A DNA stretch of 64,000 nt from Chthoniobacterales bacterium. Its GTDB lineage: Bacteria > Verrucomicrobiota > Verrucomicrobiia > Chthoniobacterales > UBA6821. Below the pieces are notes generated by a model. It made no database searches. It saw only the letters and a list, made by a program, of their open reading frames with translations, and was not told the DNA's origin. Every line of letters starts with the position of its first letter. The stretch's first letter is position 1. This document shows, in pieces, positions 47,278 through 55,961 of the stretch. The DNA is taken from NCBI GenBank assembly GCA_044236545.1, contig JBIIGI010000004.1:6094-70093 (forward strand). Reading direction: 5' to 3'. Made by a program: the position numbers and the translations under genes.

Positions 47278-48813
47278 TTAGCGGAAGATGACCTTGAACT
47301 CGTCGACTGCGGTCGTGAGTTCCTTCTCGATGTCCGCATCGATCGCACCCTTCGTGCGGATGCTGGTGAGAACGGCCTCCTTGCGGGTGTTCATGAACTG
47401 GGCGAGCTGGTTTTGGAAATCCTTCACACGATCAACGGCGATCGCATCGAAGTAGCCCTTCTGCATCGCCCAGAGGATGGCAACCTGCAGCTCGACGGCC
47501 TGCGGATTGTACTGCTGCTGCTTGAAGAGCTCGACGATGCGCTGGCCGCGGTCGAGCTGGGCCTTGGTGCGGGCGTCGAGATCGCTGCCGAACTGGGCGA
47601 AGGCGGCGAGTTCGCGGAACTGGGCGAGATCGCCCTTGAGCTTTCCGGCCACCTGCTTGGTCGCCTTGATCTGGGCGGCGGAACCGACGCGGGAAACCGA
47701 GAGACCCACCGAGATGGCGGGACGGATGCCCTGGTAGAAGAGATCGGTCTCGAGGTAGATCTGTCCGTCAGTGATCGAGATGACGTTCGTCGGGATGTAG
47801 GCCGAGACGTCGCCCGCCTGGGTCTCAATGATCGGAAGCGCGGTGAGCGATCCGTTGCCGGCCTTGGTGCTCAGGCGTGCGGAACGCTCGAGAAGGCGGC
47901 TGTGGAGATAGAAGACGTCGCCGGGATACGCCTCACGGCCGGAGGGGCGCTTGAGGAGCAGGGATACCTGTCGGTAGGCGACGGCGTGCTTGGAGAGATC
48001 GTCGAACACGATCAGCGCATCCATGCCGTTGTCCATGAACCACTCGCCCATGGCCGCACCGGCGAAGGGGGCGAGGTATTGGTTGGTGGCGCTGTCGGAA
48101 GCGGGCGCGGAAACGATGATCGTGTCGCGGAGGGCGTCGTTGGCGGAAAGGATGTCGACGACGCGGGCGATGTTGGCGTTCTTCTGTCCGACGGCAACGT
48201 AGATGCTGTAGACGGGACGGAACTTGGGATCACCGGAAGCCTCTCCGACGCGGTTGATCTTCGCCTGGTTGATGATTGTGTCGATGGCGATCGTTGTCTT
48301 GCCGGTCGCGCGGTCTCCGATGATGAGCTCACGCTGGCCGCGACCGATGGGGATCATCGCGTCGACCGACATGATTCCGGTCGAGAGAGGCTGACTGACA
48401 CTCTGGCGCTTGATGATGCCCGGGGCGATCTTCTCGACGGGATAGAACTTCTTGGACTGGATCGGTCCCTTGCCGTCAATGGGCTGACCGAGAGAATCGA
48501 CAACGCGGCCAAGGAGTTCCTTGCCGACGGGAACCTCGAGGAGGCGGCCGGTGGCCTTCACCTCGTCACCCTCGGAGATGGAGGTGTAGTCGCCGAGCAC
48601 GACCGCTCCTACCTCGGTCTCCTCAAGGTTGAGCGCAATGCCGTAGATGCCGCCGGGGAACTCAAGCATCTCGTTGAGCATGACGCCGCCAAGGCCCTCG
48701 ATGCGGGCGACGCCGTCGCCGATCTCACGGACGGTTCCGACATCCGATTTGGTGACGGTGGAGTTGGCGAGTCCGTCGATCTTCGATTCAAGTTCTTGCA
48801 GGAGGTTGCTCAT
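47278..48813 (-). CDS. atpA: F0F1 ATP synthase subunit alpha
   Basis: 511 aa. Walker A GDRATGKT, plus the [13 protein letters not shown] motif. Confidence 0.97.
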   Translation of the reverse strand: MSNLLQELESKIDGLANSTVTKSDVGTVREIGDGVARIEGLGGVMLNEMLEFPGGIYGIALNLEETEVGAVVLGDYTSISEGDEVKATGRLLEVPVGKELLGRVVDSLGQPIDGKGPIQSKKFYPVEKIAPGIIKRQSVSQPLSTGIMSVDAMIPIGRGQRELIIGDRATGKTTIAIDTIINQAKINRVGEASGDPKFRPVYSIYVAVGQKNANIARVVDILSANDALRDTIIVSAPASDSATNQYLAPFAGAAMGEWFMDNGMDALIVFDDLSKHAVAYRQVSLLLKRPSGREAYPGDVFYLHSRLLERSARLSTKAGNGSLTALPIIETQAGDVSAYIPTNVISITDGQIYLETDLFYQGIRPAISVGLSVSRVGSAAQIKATKQVAGKLKGDLAQFRELAAFAQFGSDLDARTKAQLDRGQRIVELFKQQQYNPQAVELQVAILWAMQKGYFDAIAVDRVKDFQNQLAQFMNTRKEAVLTSIRTKGAIDADIEKELTTAVDEFKVIFR

Positions 48814-48870
48814 GGTGTGTGGGTGTTAAGAGGAAGGTGGAGTGGGTGTTTGTGAATGTGGTGTTCGGTA

Positions 48871-49260
48871 TCAGGAAGCAAGGGCATTCAGGCGGGAAGC
48901 CACGGTGGCGTCCCAAACCTCGCTGCCGAGACGGATACGTGATCCGCCGATGAGCGACGGATCGACCTTTGTCTCGAGGGTCACGGATCCCCCGTCACGC
49001 TTTTCAAGCGATTTGAGGATGGAGGCCCGGGTCTGGTCGTCGACGGGAGCGGCGCTCTCGATGACGGCGTGATGCTTCTGCATCTCCAGACGGATCAGGC
49101 GGGTGTATTCCTTGAGGATCTGAAGGGTGTGCCGGGGGGCGGACTTGACCAGCAGATCGGCGACCTTGAGCGACTTCGCGGCATCGGGACGGCCCGATGC
49201 GTCGAGCGATGCGTCGAAAAGTTCGCGTGCCATCCGGCGTGCTTCCTTGGGGATCTGCAT
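48871..49260 (-). CDS. atpH: F0F1 ATP synthase subunit delta (short form)
   Basis: 129 aa. The C-terminal half aligns by eye with OSCP/delta (VDPSLIGGSRIRLGSEVWDATVASRLNAL). The upstream stop limits the ORF to <137 aa. Confidence 0.8.
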   Translation of the reverse strand: MQIPKEARRMARELFDASLDASGRPDAAKSLKVADLLVKSAPRHTLQILKEYTRLIRLEMQKHHAVIESAAPVDDQTRASILKSLEKRDGGSVTLETKVDPSLIGGSRIRLGSEVWDATVASRLNALAS

Positions 49261-49283
49261 GGTATGGGGAATTGGCTGAGAAA

Positions 49284-49796
49284 CTAGGCGGCGAGATCCT
49301 TGGCGGCATCTTCACTGAGGCGCTTCTGATCCTCGGGAGAGAGAACCTTCCCTGCTACCTTGGCAGTCGTCTTGACGACCAGGGAAACCATCTCGCGCTT
49401 CACCTCGTCGACCATGCGGTTGCGCTCGGACGTGATCTCATGGCGGGCGCGCTCCACGATGGCGGCGGATTCCTTGACGGCTTTCTCCATTTCACGCTGG
49501 GAGAAGGCCTCGTTGTTCTTGCGGGACTCCTCGAGCAGGATCTGGGCGTCGTCATTGGCCTTGCGAAGGACCTCCTGATAGCGGAGTTCGGCCTCGGCCA
49601 ACTGCTTCTTGATCTTCTCGGCATTGAGTTGCCCCTCCTCGATCCGCTTGCGGCGCTCCTCGAGGATCTTGAGCAAGGGGGCGAAGGCAAAGCGGTTCAG
49701 GACGAAATAGACGATAAGGAAGAGAACCAACTGGGCGATGAAGTGCGGCCAATCGACTCCGAACTGGGCTAGGATTCCTGATTTTTCTGGTGACAT
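49284..49796 (-). CDS. atpF: F0F1 ATP synthase subunit b
   Basis: 170 aa. One N-terminal TM segment followed by a long charged helix. Confidence 0.9.
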   Translation of the reverse strand: MSPEKSGILAQFGVDWPHFIAQLVLFLIVYFVLNRFAFAPLLKILEERRKRIEEGQLNAEKIKKQLAEAELRYQEVLRKANDDAQILLEESRKNNEAFSQREMEKAVKESAAIVERARHEITSERNRMVDEVKREMVSLVVKTTAKVAGKVLSPEDQKRLSEDAAKDLAA

Positions 49797-49842
49797 CTGC
49801 TGTGTGGTTCTCTCTGGGTGAATGAAAGGATCATCCTGCTTT

Positions 49843-49872
49843 GGGGTGCCTTTCGTAAGTGAAAGGCACCCC
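49843..49872 (-). other. intra-operon stem-loop between atpE and atpF
   Basis: Perfect 12-bp stem ggggtgcctttc/gaaaggcacccc with a 6-nt loop. No T-tract follows on the transcribed strand. Confidence 0.8.
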
Positions 49873-49889
49873 TCGGCAAGGGAATGCTC

Positions 49890-50126
49890 TTAGCGGCCCT
49901 GGAAGGCGAAGATCAGACCGAAGATCGCAATGGCCTCAGCCAGAGCGATCGTCAGAATGCCGATCATGAGGACCTTGGGAAGGGTTCCGGGATTGCGACC
50001 GATGGCCTCGACCATGCGGGCTCCGATAAGACCGATGCCGATGGCGGATCCTGCGCCGGCGACGCCGAGGGTGAAACTTCCGGTCACTCCGGCCGCGACG
50101 GCTTCAGCGATGATGGTTGGTAGCAT
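49890..50126 (-). CDS. atpE: F0F1 ATP synthase subunit c
   Basis: 78 aa hairpin proteolipid. GRNPG loop and the conserved carboxylate in LAEAIAIF. Confidence 0.95.
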   Translation of the reverse strand: MLPTIIAEAVAAGVTGSFTLGVAGAGSAIGIGLIGARMVEAIGRNPGTLPKVLMIGILTIALAEAIAIFGLIFAFQGR

Positions 50127-50215
50127 GTGATGTGGGTGTTTGGGTTGGTTTTGTTTTTCGGCCGTCGTCCACGTCCTGCATGATCCCGACGGTCAAAAGT
50201 CTGAAAATGAAACGA

Positions 50216-51067
50216 TCAGTGTTCCTCGTGCGATGTTGAAAGCTGGAGATAAACGAGCACTAGAAGCGTGAATACCATCGCCTGAAGGAATCCGATGAGC
50301 AGTTCAAGGAAATAAAAGGGAATCGGAATGATGCAACTGAGAACCGAGGTCAGCCACTGGGGGCAGTTGAAGAGGTGGCCGATGTTGATCATCGTTGCGA
50401 GCATGTTCTCGCCCGCGAAGATGTTGCCGTAGAGTCGGAGGGAGAGGGAGACGGGTCGAACCAGGATGGAAACCACCTCCAGGACCCCGACGAAGAGAAA
50501 GAGAGGAACGAGCAGAAACAGGATCGGGCCGGTCATCCCCCCCTTCACTCCGAAAAGCTCCTTGATGAAGGCGGTCGGACCCGTCACCTGCATGGTCCAG
50601 TAGAACCAGAGCACCATGGAGACGACCGACATGGCGATGGTCATGTTCATGTCTGCGGTGCCCGGGCGCAGGAGCGGTGTATGCAGGGCGCTCAGGGAGA
50701 GAAACCCATCCTTCACCCCCCAACCGATCGAGCCGACACCCGGCAGCAGGCCGAACCAGTTCGAGATGAGGATGAAGATAAAGAGGGTACCGAGCAGTCC
50801 GAAGGCCTTCTTCGCCATCTTGTCACCGAGGATTCCCTCGACAGCGCCGTAGAAACCCTCGACCACCGACTCCAGGAAATTCTGACCGAAGCCGGGGATC
50901 ACCTCGATCTTGCGGGTGCAGGAACGCACGATCCAGACGATCACGCCGAGCACGATCGCGGTGACCAGGATGGAGTTGGTGAACCAGGCCAGAAAAGACT
51001 TGCTGAGGAACTCGGGCGTCTCGGCTGCAAGTTCCGCGCTGGCGATCAGTGAAGGTGCAAAAACCAT
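50216..51067 (-). CDS. atpB: F0F1 ATP synthase subunit a
   Basis: 283 aa polytopic protein. LSLRLYGNIFAGE essential-Arg motif. Confidence 0.95.
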   Translation of the reverse strand: MVFAPSLIASAELAAETPEFLSKSFLAWFTNSILVTAIVLGVIVWIVRSCTRKIEVIPGFGQNFLESVVEGFYGAVEGILGDKMAKKAFGLLGTLFIFILISNWFGLLPGVGSIGWGVKDGFLSLSALHTPLLRPGTADMNMTIAMSVVSMVLWFYWTMQVTGPTAFIKELFGVKGGMTGPILFLLVPLFLFVGVLEVVSILVRPVSLSLRLYGNIFAGENMLATMINIGHLFNCPQWLTSVLSCIIPIPFYFLELLIGFLQAMVFTLLVLVYLQLSTSHEEH

Positions 51068-51150
51068 GGGTGTCGTCTGGGAATCCTAGAAAAATTGAAG
51101 GGGTAGATGAAAGTCCACAAAGACCGTGGTGGCAAGCGCTTTTTGAGAGC

Positions 51151-51166
51151 TTGTGAAATTTTTCAC
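51151..51166. promoter_or_regulatory. perfect CRP/FNR-type palindrome TGTGA-N6-TCACA upstream of the atp operon
   Basis: tgtgaaatttttcaca read directly. Centre lies ~91 nt upstream of the atpB ATG. On the atp strand it is followed 16 nt later by TTGCCA-17nt-TTTCAT, a possible -35/-10. Confidence 0.5.
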
Positions 51167-51212
51167 AAAGTTGCTCCTAGAGTGTCGGCGAAGCGACTCC
51201 GAAACCGCCCCC

Positions 51213-52367
51213 TCACGATGCGTTTCCGGAGATCTTGGCTAGGAATGCCTTCAGCCCGGGATCGGTGCGGTATTCATCGAACGCACAATCGTTCATGAGT
51301 TCACGGAAGTCGCGCGGGGAGTAGAATTCCCTCGCCCGCTCCAGAAATAGCAGCGCGTCGCTTTTCCGGTTGCTCCTGAGCGACGAACAAGCCGCCGTGA
51401 GGGCGGCCTCCCCGGACATTGTGCCGATCTCCGTGAGTGGGGGGGGAGCCGCGGAGGGATCGTTCTGAAGCCGTGCCAGCGATTCCTTCGCAGAGATGAC
51501 CTGATTGCTGGCGGTCGGGTCGGTTCGCAACCCTCCCCTGTGCAGGGTGTCGGCGGCGCTCCGGTAGGATCCCTGCGAGCGGAGGAAATCACCCCAATGG
51601 CAGTAAATGGAGGGGTCCGCGGGATGGAGCGCGGCGTAGCGTCGGAAAGCGCTTTCCATCGATGCAACCGGGTCGACCAATTGCTGAACGGCCTTGCCGG
51701 GTTCCTTCCCCCTGGAGTTTTCGGACAACGCGATCAGCACGCGGGCCTCCTCCTCCATTTCGTGCTTGTTCACCGCGCGTTGGGCCGCTTGGAGGGCCAG
51801 CGCCTTTTCCCCTGCCTGATGGGCTGCCAGTGCGATCAGGTAGTCGGTTCCGAAGAGCGCGGGTTGGCGCTCCTGCGCCTTTTGAAACTCCAGAAGCGCC
51901 TTGTCGGCATTCCCTCCGCCCAAAGCGGCAAAACCGCCGTCCAGAAGGGCCGCCGCCTCCGTGGTTGGCAGAACGACATGGGTTTCCTCGGCTCCGGTCA
52001 CGACAGCGGCCTCATCGGAGGACTTTCCCGCAGTGAGTACCCCTGCAAAAAAAGCCGTCACCAGACCGAGCAGAATCGATCCGATGGCCAGAAATCTTCC
52101 GACAACGCGCTCGTTTGATCCCCCTCCCCCCCTCTTGCTGGATCTCCTGTCCCTTTCGCGGCGACTGTTTGATTTGTTCCTCTGGAAAACGGAAGCGCGA
52201 TCCTTGTTTTTTCTGCGCCTTCGTTCGGGTGGCGCCGGTGCCTCGACGCCGCGCGGTTCCGGGATAGTGAGCGCGCTTGCCTCATCCCCGGCGGATAAAG
52301 AGGAGCCCCGCTCCGGGTGGTCGGGTTCCGCCGATTCCGAGGCTGAAGGGGATGTTTGATCGTCCAT
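51213..52367 (-). CDS. membrane-anchored TPR-like protein with Arg/Ser-rich cytoplasmic N-terminus
   Basis: 385 aa from ATG 52367 (MDDQTSPS...). Basic stretch RRRRKNKDRASVFQRNKSNSRRERDRRSSKRGGGG, one TM (FLAIGSILLGLVTAFFAGVL), then helical-repeat C-terminus. The 614-aa ORF-track version extends antisense into serA. Confidence 0.6.
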   Translation of the reverse strand: MDDQTSPSASESAEPDHPERGSSLSAGDEASALTIPEPRGVEAPAPPERRRRKNKDRASVFQRNKSNSRRERDRRSSKRGGGGSNERVVGRFLAIGSILLGLVTAFFAGVLTAGKSSDEAAVVTGAEETHVVLPTTEAAALLDGGFAALGGGNADKALLEFQKAQERQPALFGTDYLIALAAHQAGEKALALQAAQRAVNKHEMEEEARVLIALSENSRGKEPGKAVQQLVDPVASMESAFRRYAALHPADPSIYCHWGDFLRSQGSYRSAADTLHRGGLRTDPTASNQVISAKESLARLQNDPSAAPPPLTEIGTMSGEAALTAACSSLRSNRKSDALLFLERAREFYSPRDFRELMNDCAFDEYRTDPGLKAFLAKISGNAS

Positions 52368-52554
52368 GGGATGGATTTCGCCCGTGATGGTTACCGGGAA
52401 TTCCCCTGGAAATCGATTTTTTTGTTTCGGTTTGCGGACAAGGCGAAGTCCTAGTAAATCCTTGCGGTCCCGTTCATCACATTTTTCACCCCGTCGGTCG
52501 TCGCCCCCCTTTCGACACCGGCACCAGTTAAAACCCAAACACACAGCAACGTTC

Positions 52555-54150
52555 ATGAGCACCATTCCAAAAGTATTTGTCGCAGACCCCGTTTCAACCC
52601 GTGGAGTCGAGGCCCTTGCAGAGGGGGGAGTCGTCGAGGTCGTGGTCAAGACCGGCCTCAAGGAGGAGGAGCTGATCAAGATCATTCCCGAGTTCCACGG
52701 CCTCGTCGTCCGCAGCCAGACCAAGGTTACGCCAGCTGTCTTTGAAGCCGCCAAGAACCTCAAGGTCGTCGGACGCGCCGGCGTCGGCATCGACAACGTC
52801 GACGTGGAAGCCGCCACCAGGCACGGCGTCATCGTCATGAATGCCCCGGGCGGCAACACGATCTCCACCGCCGAGCACGCCTTCTCCCTGATGCTCGCAA
52901 CCGCCCGCTTCATCCCGCAGGCGGACGCCAGCATGAAGGCAGGCAAGTGGGACCGCAAAAAATTCGAGGGAGTCGAACTCCACGGCAAGACACTCGCCAT
53001 CCTCGGCATGGGTCGCATCGGCACCGAGGTCGCCCGCCGCGCGATCGCCTTCGGCATGAAGGTCCTCGCCTACGACCCCTACATCTCCGCCAGCAAGGCC
53101 CGCTCCCTCCAGGTCGAGGTCGTCGAGAAGGTCGATGACATCCTCCCCCAGGCGGATTTCATCACCGTCCACATGCCTCTGACAGAGGAGACCCGTCACA
53201 TGATCGGCCGGAAGCAGCTCCCCCTCCTCAAGAAAGGCGTGCGCATTGTCAACTGCGCCCGTGGCGGCCTCATCGACGAGGAAGTTCTCGCCGAGGGACT
53301 CAAGAGCGGCCAGATCGGCGGCGCGGCGCTCGACGTCTTCGATGTGGAACCTCTCCCGGCCGAGTGGTCCCACCGCGACGTTCCCAACCTTGTGCTCACC
53401 CCTCACCTCGGCGCCTCAACGGCGGAGGCCCAGGAACTCGTCGGCATCGAGATTGCCGAGGCAGTGCGGGCCACGCTTCTGCAGGGAGAGATCCGCAACT
53501 CGGTCAACATGCCCAACATCGACGCCAAGACCATCTCCACGCTGGGGCCTTGGATCGAGCTTGGCGGCAAGCTCGGCCTCTTCCTTGCGCAGATCGCCCC
53601 GAAGCGCGCCGAGAAACTCTCCATCCGCTACAGCGGACGCCTCGTCGAGCACGACCTCACCGCGGTGACCCGCTCACTCGTCACCGGATTCCTCCGTCAC
53701 ACGCACGGAAACGACGTCAACCCCGTCAACGCACCCGCCATCCTTGCCAACCTCGGACTCGAGGTCGTGGAGACGCGCCAGAGCGAGGCCGGCGAGTTCA
53801 CCGATCTCATCGAGGTCTCCATCACCCAGGATGGCGTCACCGCTTCGGTCGGAGGCACCCTCTATGGCTCCAAGCCCCGCATCGTCACGGTGAACGGCCG
53901 CTTCGTCGAGGGCATCCCCTCCGGCACGATCCTTCTCCTCGAGAACAAGGACCGTCCCGGCATCGTCGGCCACCTCGGCACCATCCTCGGCGGCAGCAAG
54001 GTCAACATCGCAGGCATGTCGCTCAGCCGCAACGAGGTCGGAGGTCAGGCTCTCACGCTGCTCAACCTCGACTCGGCACCCGACGAGAGCCTTCTGGCCA
54101 AGTTGACCGCCGACGCCGACATCTCATCAGCGAAAGTCATCCGCCTTTGA
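52555..54150 (+). CDS. serA: D-3-phosphoglycerate dehydrogenase (long form with ACT domain)
   Basis: 531 aa from ATG 52555. GxGxxG LGMGRIGTEVA, catalytic NCARGG...D and HLGAST motifs. ACT-like C-terminus. Confidence 0.95.
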   Translation: MSTIPKVFVADPVSTRGVEALAEGGVVEVVVKTGLKEEELIKIIPEFHGLVVRSQTKVTPAVFEAAKNLKVVGRAGVGIDNVDVEAATRHGVIVMNAPGGNTISTAEHAFSLMLATARFIPQADASMKAGKWDRKKFEGVELHGKTLAILGMGRIGTEVARRAIAFGMKVLAYDPYISASKARSLQVEVVEKVDDILPQADFITVHMPLTEETRHMIGRKQLPLLKKGVRIVNCARGGLIDEEVLAEGLKSGQIGGAALDVFDVEPLPAEWSHRDVPNLVLTPHLGASTAEAQELVGIEIAEAVRATLLQGEIRNSVNMPNIDAKTISTLGPWIELGGKLGLFLAQIAPKRAEKLSIRYSGRLVEHDLTAVTRSLVTGFLRHTHGNDVNPVNAPAILANLGLEVVETRQSEAGEFTDLIEVSITQDGVTASVGGTLYGSKPRIVTVNGRFVEGIPSGTILLLENKDRPGIVGHLGTILGGSKVNIAGMSLSRNEVGGQALTLLNLDSAPDESLLAKLTADADISSAKVIRL

Positions 54151-54160
54151 TCCCGGGAAG

Positions 54161-55171
54161 ATGAGCTCCTCACCTGCCCTGATTCTCGCCGGGGATCTCG
54201 GCGGCACCAACTTCCGCGTCGCCGTTTTTCGCGACGGTGCGGAGTTGACCCGCCTCCACGAGGCGAAGTTCCGAAGTGCCGAGCACGGATCCCTGGAGGA
54301 GATGGTCCGCCTTTTCCTCGGGGGTGTCAGCCTTGCTGCACCCCTCGAGGCGGCGTGCTTCGGCATCCCGGGTCCGAATGTCGGAGGCTTCGTCACCCCG
54401 ACGAATCTCGGATGGAAGATCGAGGTCGGAGCCCTCCCCTCACTGCTGGGGATCCCCCGGGTCACCGTATTGAACGATCTCGAGGCGACCGCCTACGGGA
54501 TCTCCGAACTTCGGCAGACGGATCTCGCCGAACTTCAGGCCGGGAAGGGATCACGCCAGGGAAACCAGTGCGTCATCGCCCCTGGAACCGGTCTCGGCGA
54601 GGCCGGCCTGTTCTGGGACGGAGCGCGGCACACGCCCTGGGCGTGCGAGGGAGGACACGCGGACTTCGCACCGACCGACGAGCTTCAGCAGGAACTGCTC
54701 GTTTTTCTTCGCCGGGAATTCGGCAGTGTCAGCTTCGAACGCATCGTCTCCGGCACCGGGATCCCCAATATCTACCGCTTTCTCAGGGATACCGGCCGCC
54801 ATGCGGAAACGGAATCAGTCTCCCGTGAAATGATCTCATCGGATCACGCGGGAGTGATCAGCCGGCACGCAGCGGTCGGTGACTGCCCTCTCTGCGGGGC
54901 CACCATGGATCTCTTTCTCCACGCGCTGGGGGCCGAGGCTTCCAACATGGCCCTTAAGACCATGGCCACGGGAGGCGTGTTTCTCGCGGGGGGGATTCCT
55001 CCAAAGATCCTTCCCTTCCTGCAAGACCCGCGCTTCCTTGAGAGCTTTCTGAACAAGGGACGTCTCAGGCCCCTGCTTGAGACCATGCCGCTCAACATCG
55101 TCCTCAACGATGAGGCCGCCCTTCTGGGCTCCGCACGCCGCGCCTCGAGGATGCTGGAAGCCGGAAGCTGA
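54161..55171 (+). CDS. glk: glucokinase
   Basis: 336 aa. LAGDLGGTNFRVAVF ATP-binding motif and Glk-family length. Confidence 0.85.
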   Translation: MSSSPALILAGDLGGTNFRVAVFRDGAELTRLHEAKFRSAEHGSLEEMVRLFLGGVSLAAPLEAACFGIPGPNVGGFVTPTNLGWKIEVGALPSLLGIPRVTVLNDLEATAYGISELRQTDLAELQAGKGSRQGNQCVIAPGTGLGEAGLFWDGARHTPWACEGGHADFAPTDELQQELLVFLRREFGSVSFERIVSGTGIPNIYRFLRDTGRHAETESVSREMISSDHAGVISRHAAVGDCPLCGATMDLFLHALGAEASNMALKTMATGGVFLAGGIPPKILPFLQDPRFLESFLNKGRLRPLLETMPLNIVLNDEAALLGSARRASRMLEAGS

Positions 55172-55193
55172 GAAACCGCTGATCAAATCCAGA

Positions 55194-55930
55194 TTATGCG
55201 ATAGGGATGCGGCGACAGGTCTGGATGGTTCACCCGGATGGTGGGGCCTCAGGGAGTTAAAAAGTTCGGCTCCTCGCTGTTTCCAGTGGGTAAGGGAGAA
55301 GGCAGGGGAAAAAATATGGAACTCAGCCGTAATGGATGCGTAGCAACGGCCGGGCCAGCCAACTCATGAAGTAACGGCCAGACAAGCAAATGAAACCGGC
55401 GAGAAAGTTTTCAACTCAGAACAATCCATCAAGGATGCAAAGTAGCGGTCCGGCCAGCCACAGCACCAAGTATCAAGAGAACTTATCGCATCCATACCTT
55501 CTTCAGCTTCTCTTCCTGAGTTCCTGAGTTCCATATTCAAAAATCCCTTGGCTCTTTTGTTCCTCTTTAAGGACAAGGGGCTGGGTGGTGATTCTTCAGG
55601 ATCCTACTGCCACCCACTCATGATAGCGAAGAACCAAAAGTTCAAACGTTAAAATGTTACAAGGTGCTGAAACTGCCTTTTTTTATTCAAGTCTCTGCTC
55701 AGTACTTCGCTTCGTTGCTACGGATGTTTCCTCCGGGACTCCAGAGCTTGGGCTCTCGCGGTAATCATTTTAACTCTGTAACGTTCTAACCCTTTTAACC
55801 TCTCTCAATTCCGTGATCCCAATGCAAATTTTGGGTTTAATCCCAAAGAGGCCGTTGCGGGAAGCCATAGCGGTTGCGAAGCAACGACCTGGCAAGCAAT
55901 TCCTGATTTCCTGATTTTCCCCTGACTTCC
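55194..55930. repeat. repeat nest D: X module, family-1 hairpin (interrupted), Y module, family-3 module (inverted), family-2 fragment
   Basis: X 55194-55266. F1 55254-55267 plus 55636-55800. Y 55807-55842. F3 55847-55901, the reverse complement of 35788-35842 (51/55). ttcctgatttcctgatttt 55900-55918. No credible ORF in the 790-bp glk-mrp spacer. Confidence 0.8.
55268..55635. mobile_element. 368-bp MITE-like insertion with 8-bp target-site duplication, nested in the family-1 element
   Basis: AAAAGTTC occurs at 55260-67 and at 55636-43. Deleting 55268-55643 restores gagttaaaaagttcaaacgttaaaatgttacaagg, collinear with intact copy C (gggttaaaaatttgaaacgttaaaaggttacaagg). Ends ggctcctcgct...agtgggt / acccact...agcgaagaacc are imperfect TIRs (~17/24). 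The core is the family-2 hairpin 55314-55538. Confidence 0.7.
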
Positions 55931-55961
55931 TTCATTACCCCCTGAAAACAGCGAGGATCCT

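Noticed and set aside
52368-53057. N-terminal 230 codons of the 614-aa minus-strand ORF 51213..53057.
   Set aside because: This part is antisense to the serA 5' region and leader. The credible protein starts at ATG 52367 (MDDQTSPS...).
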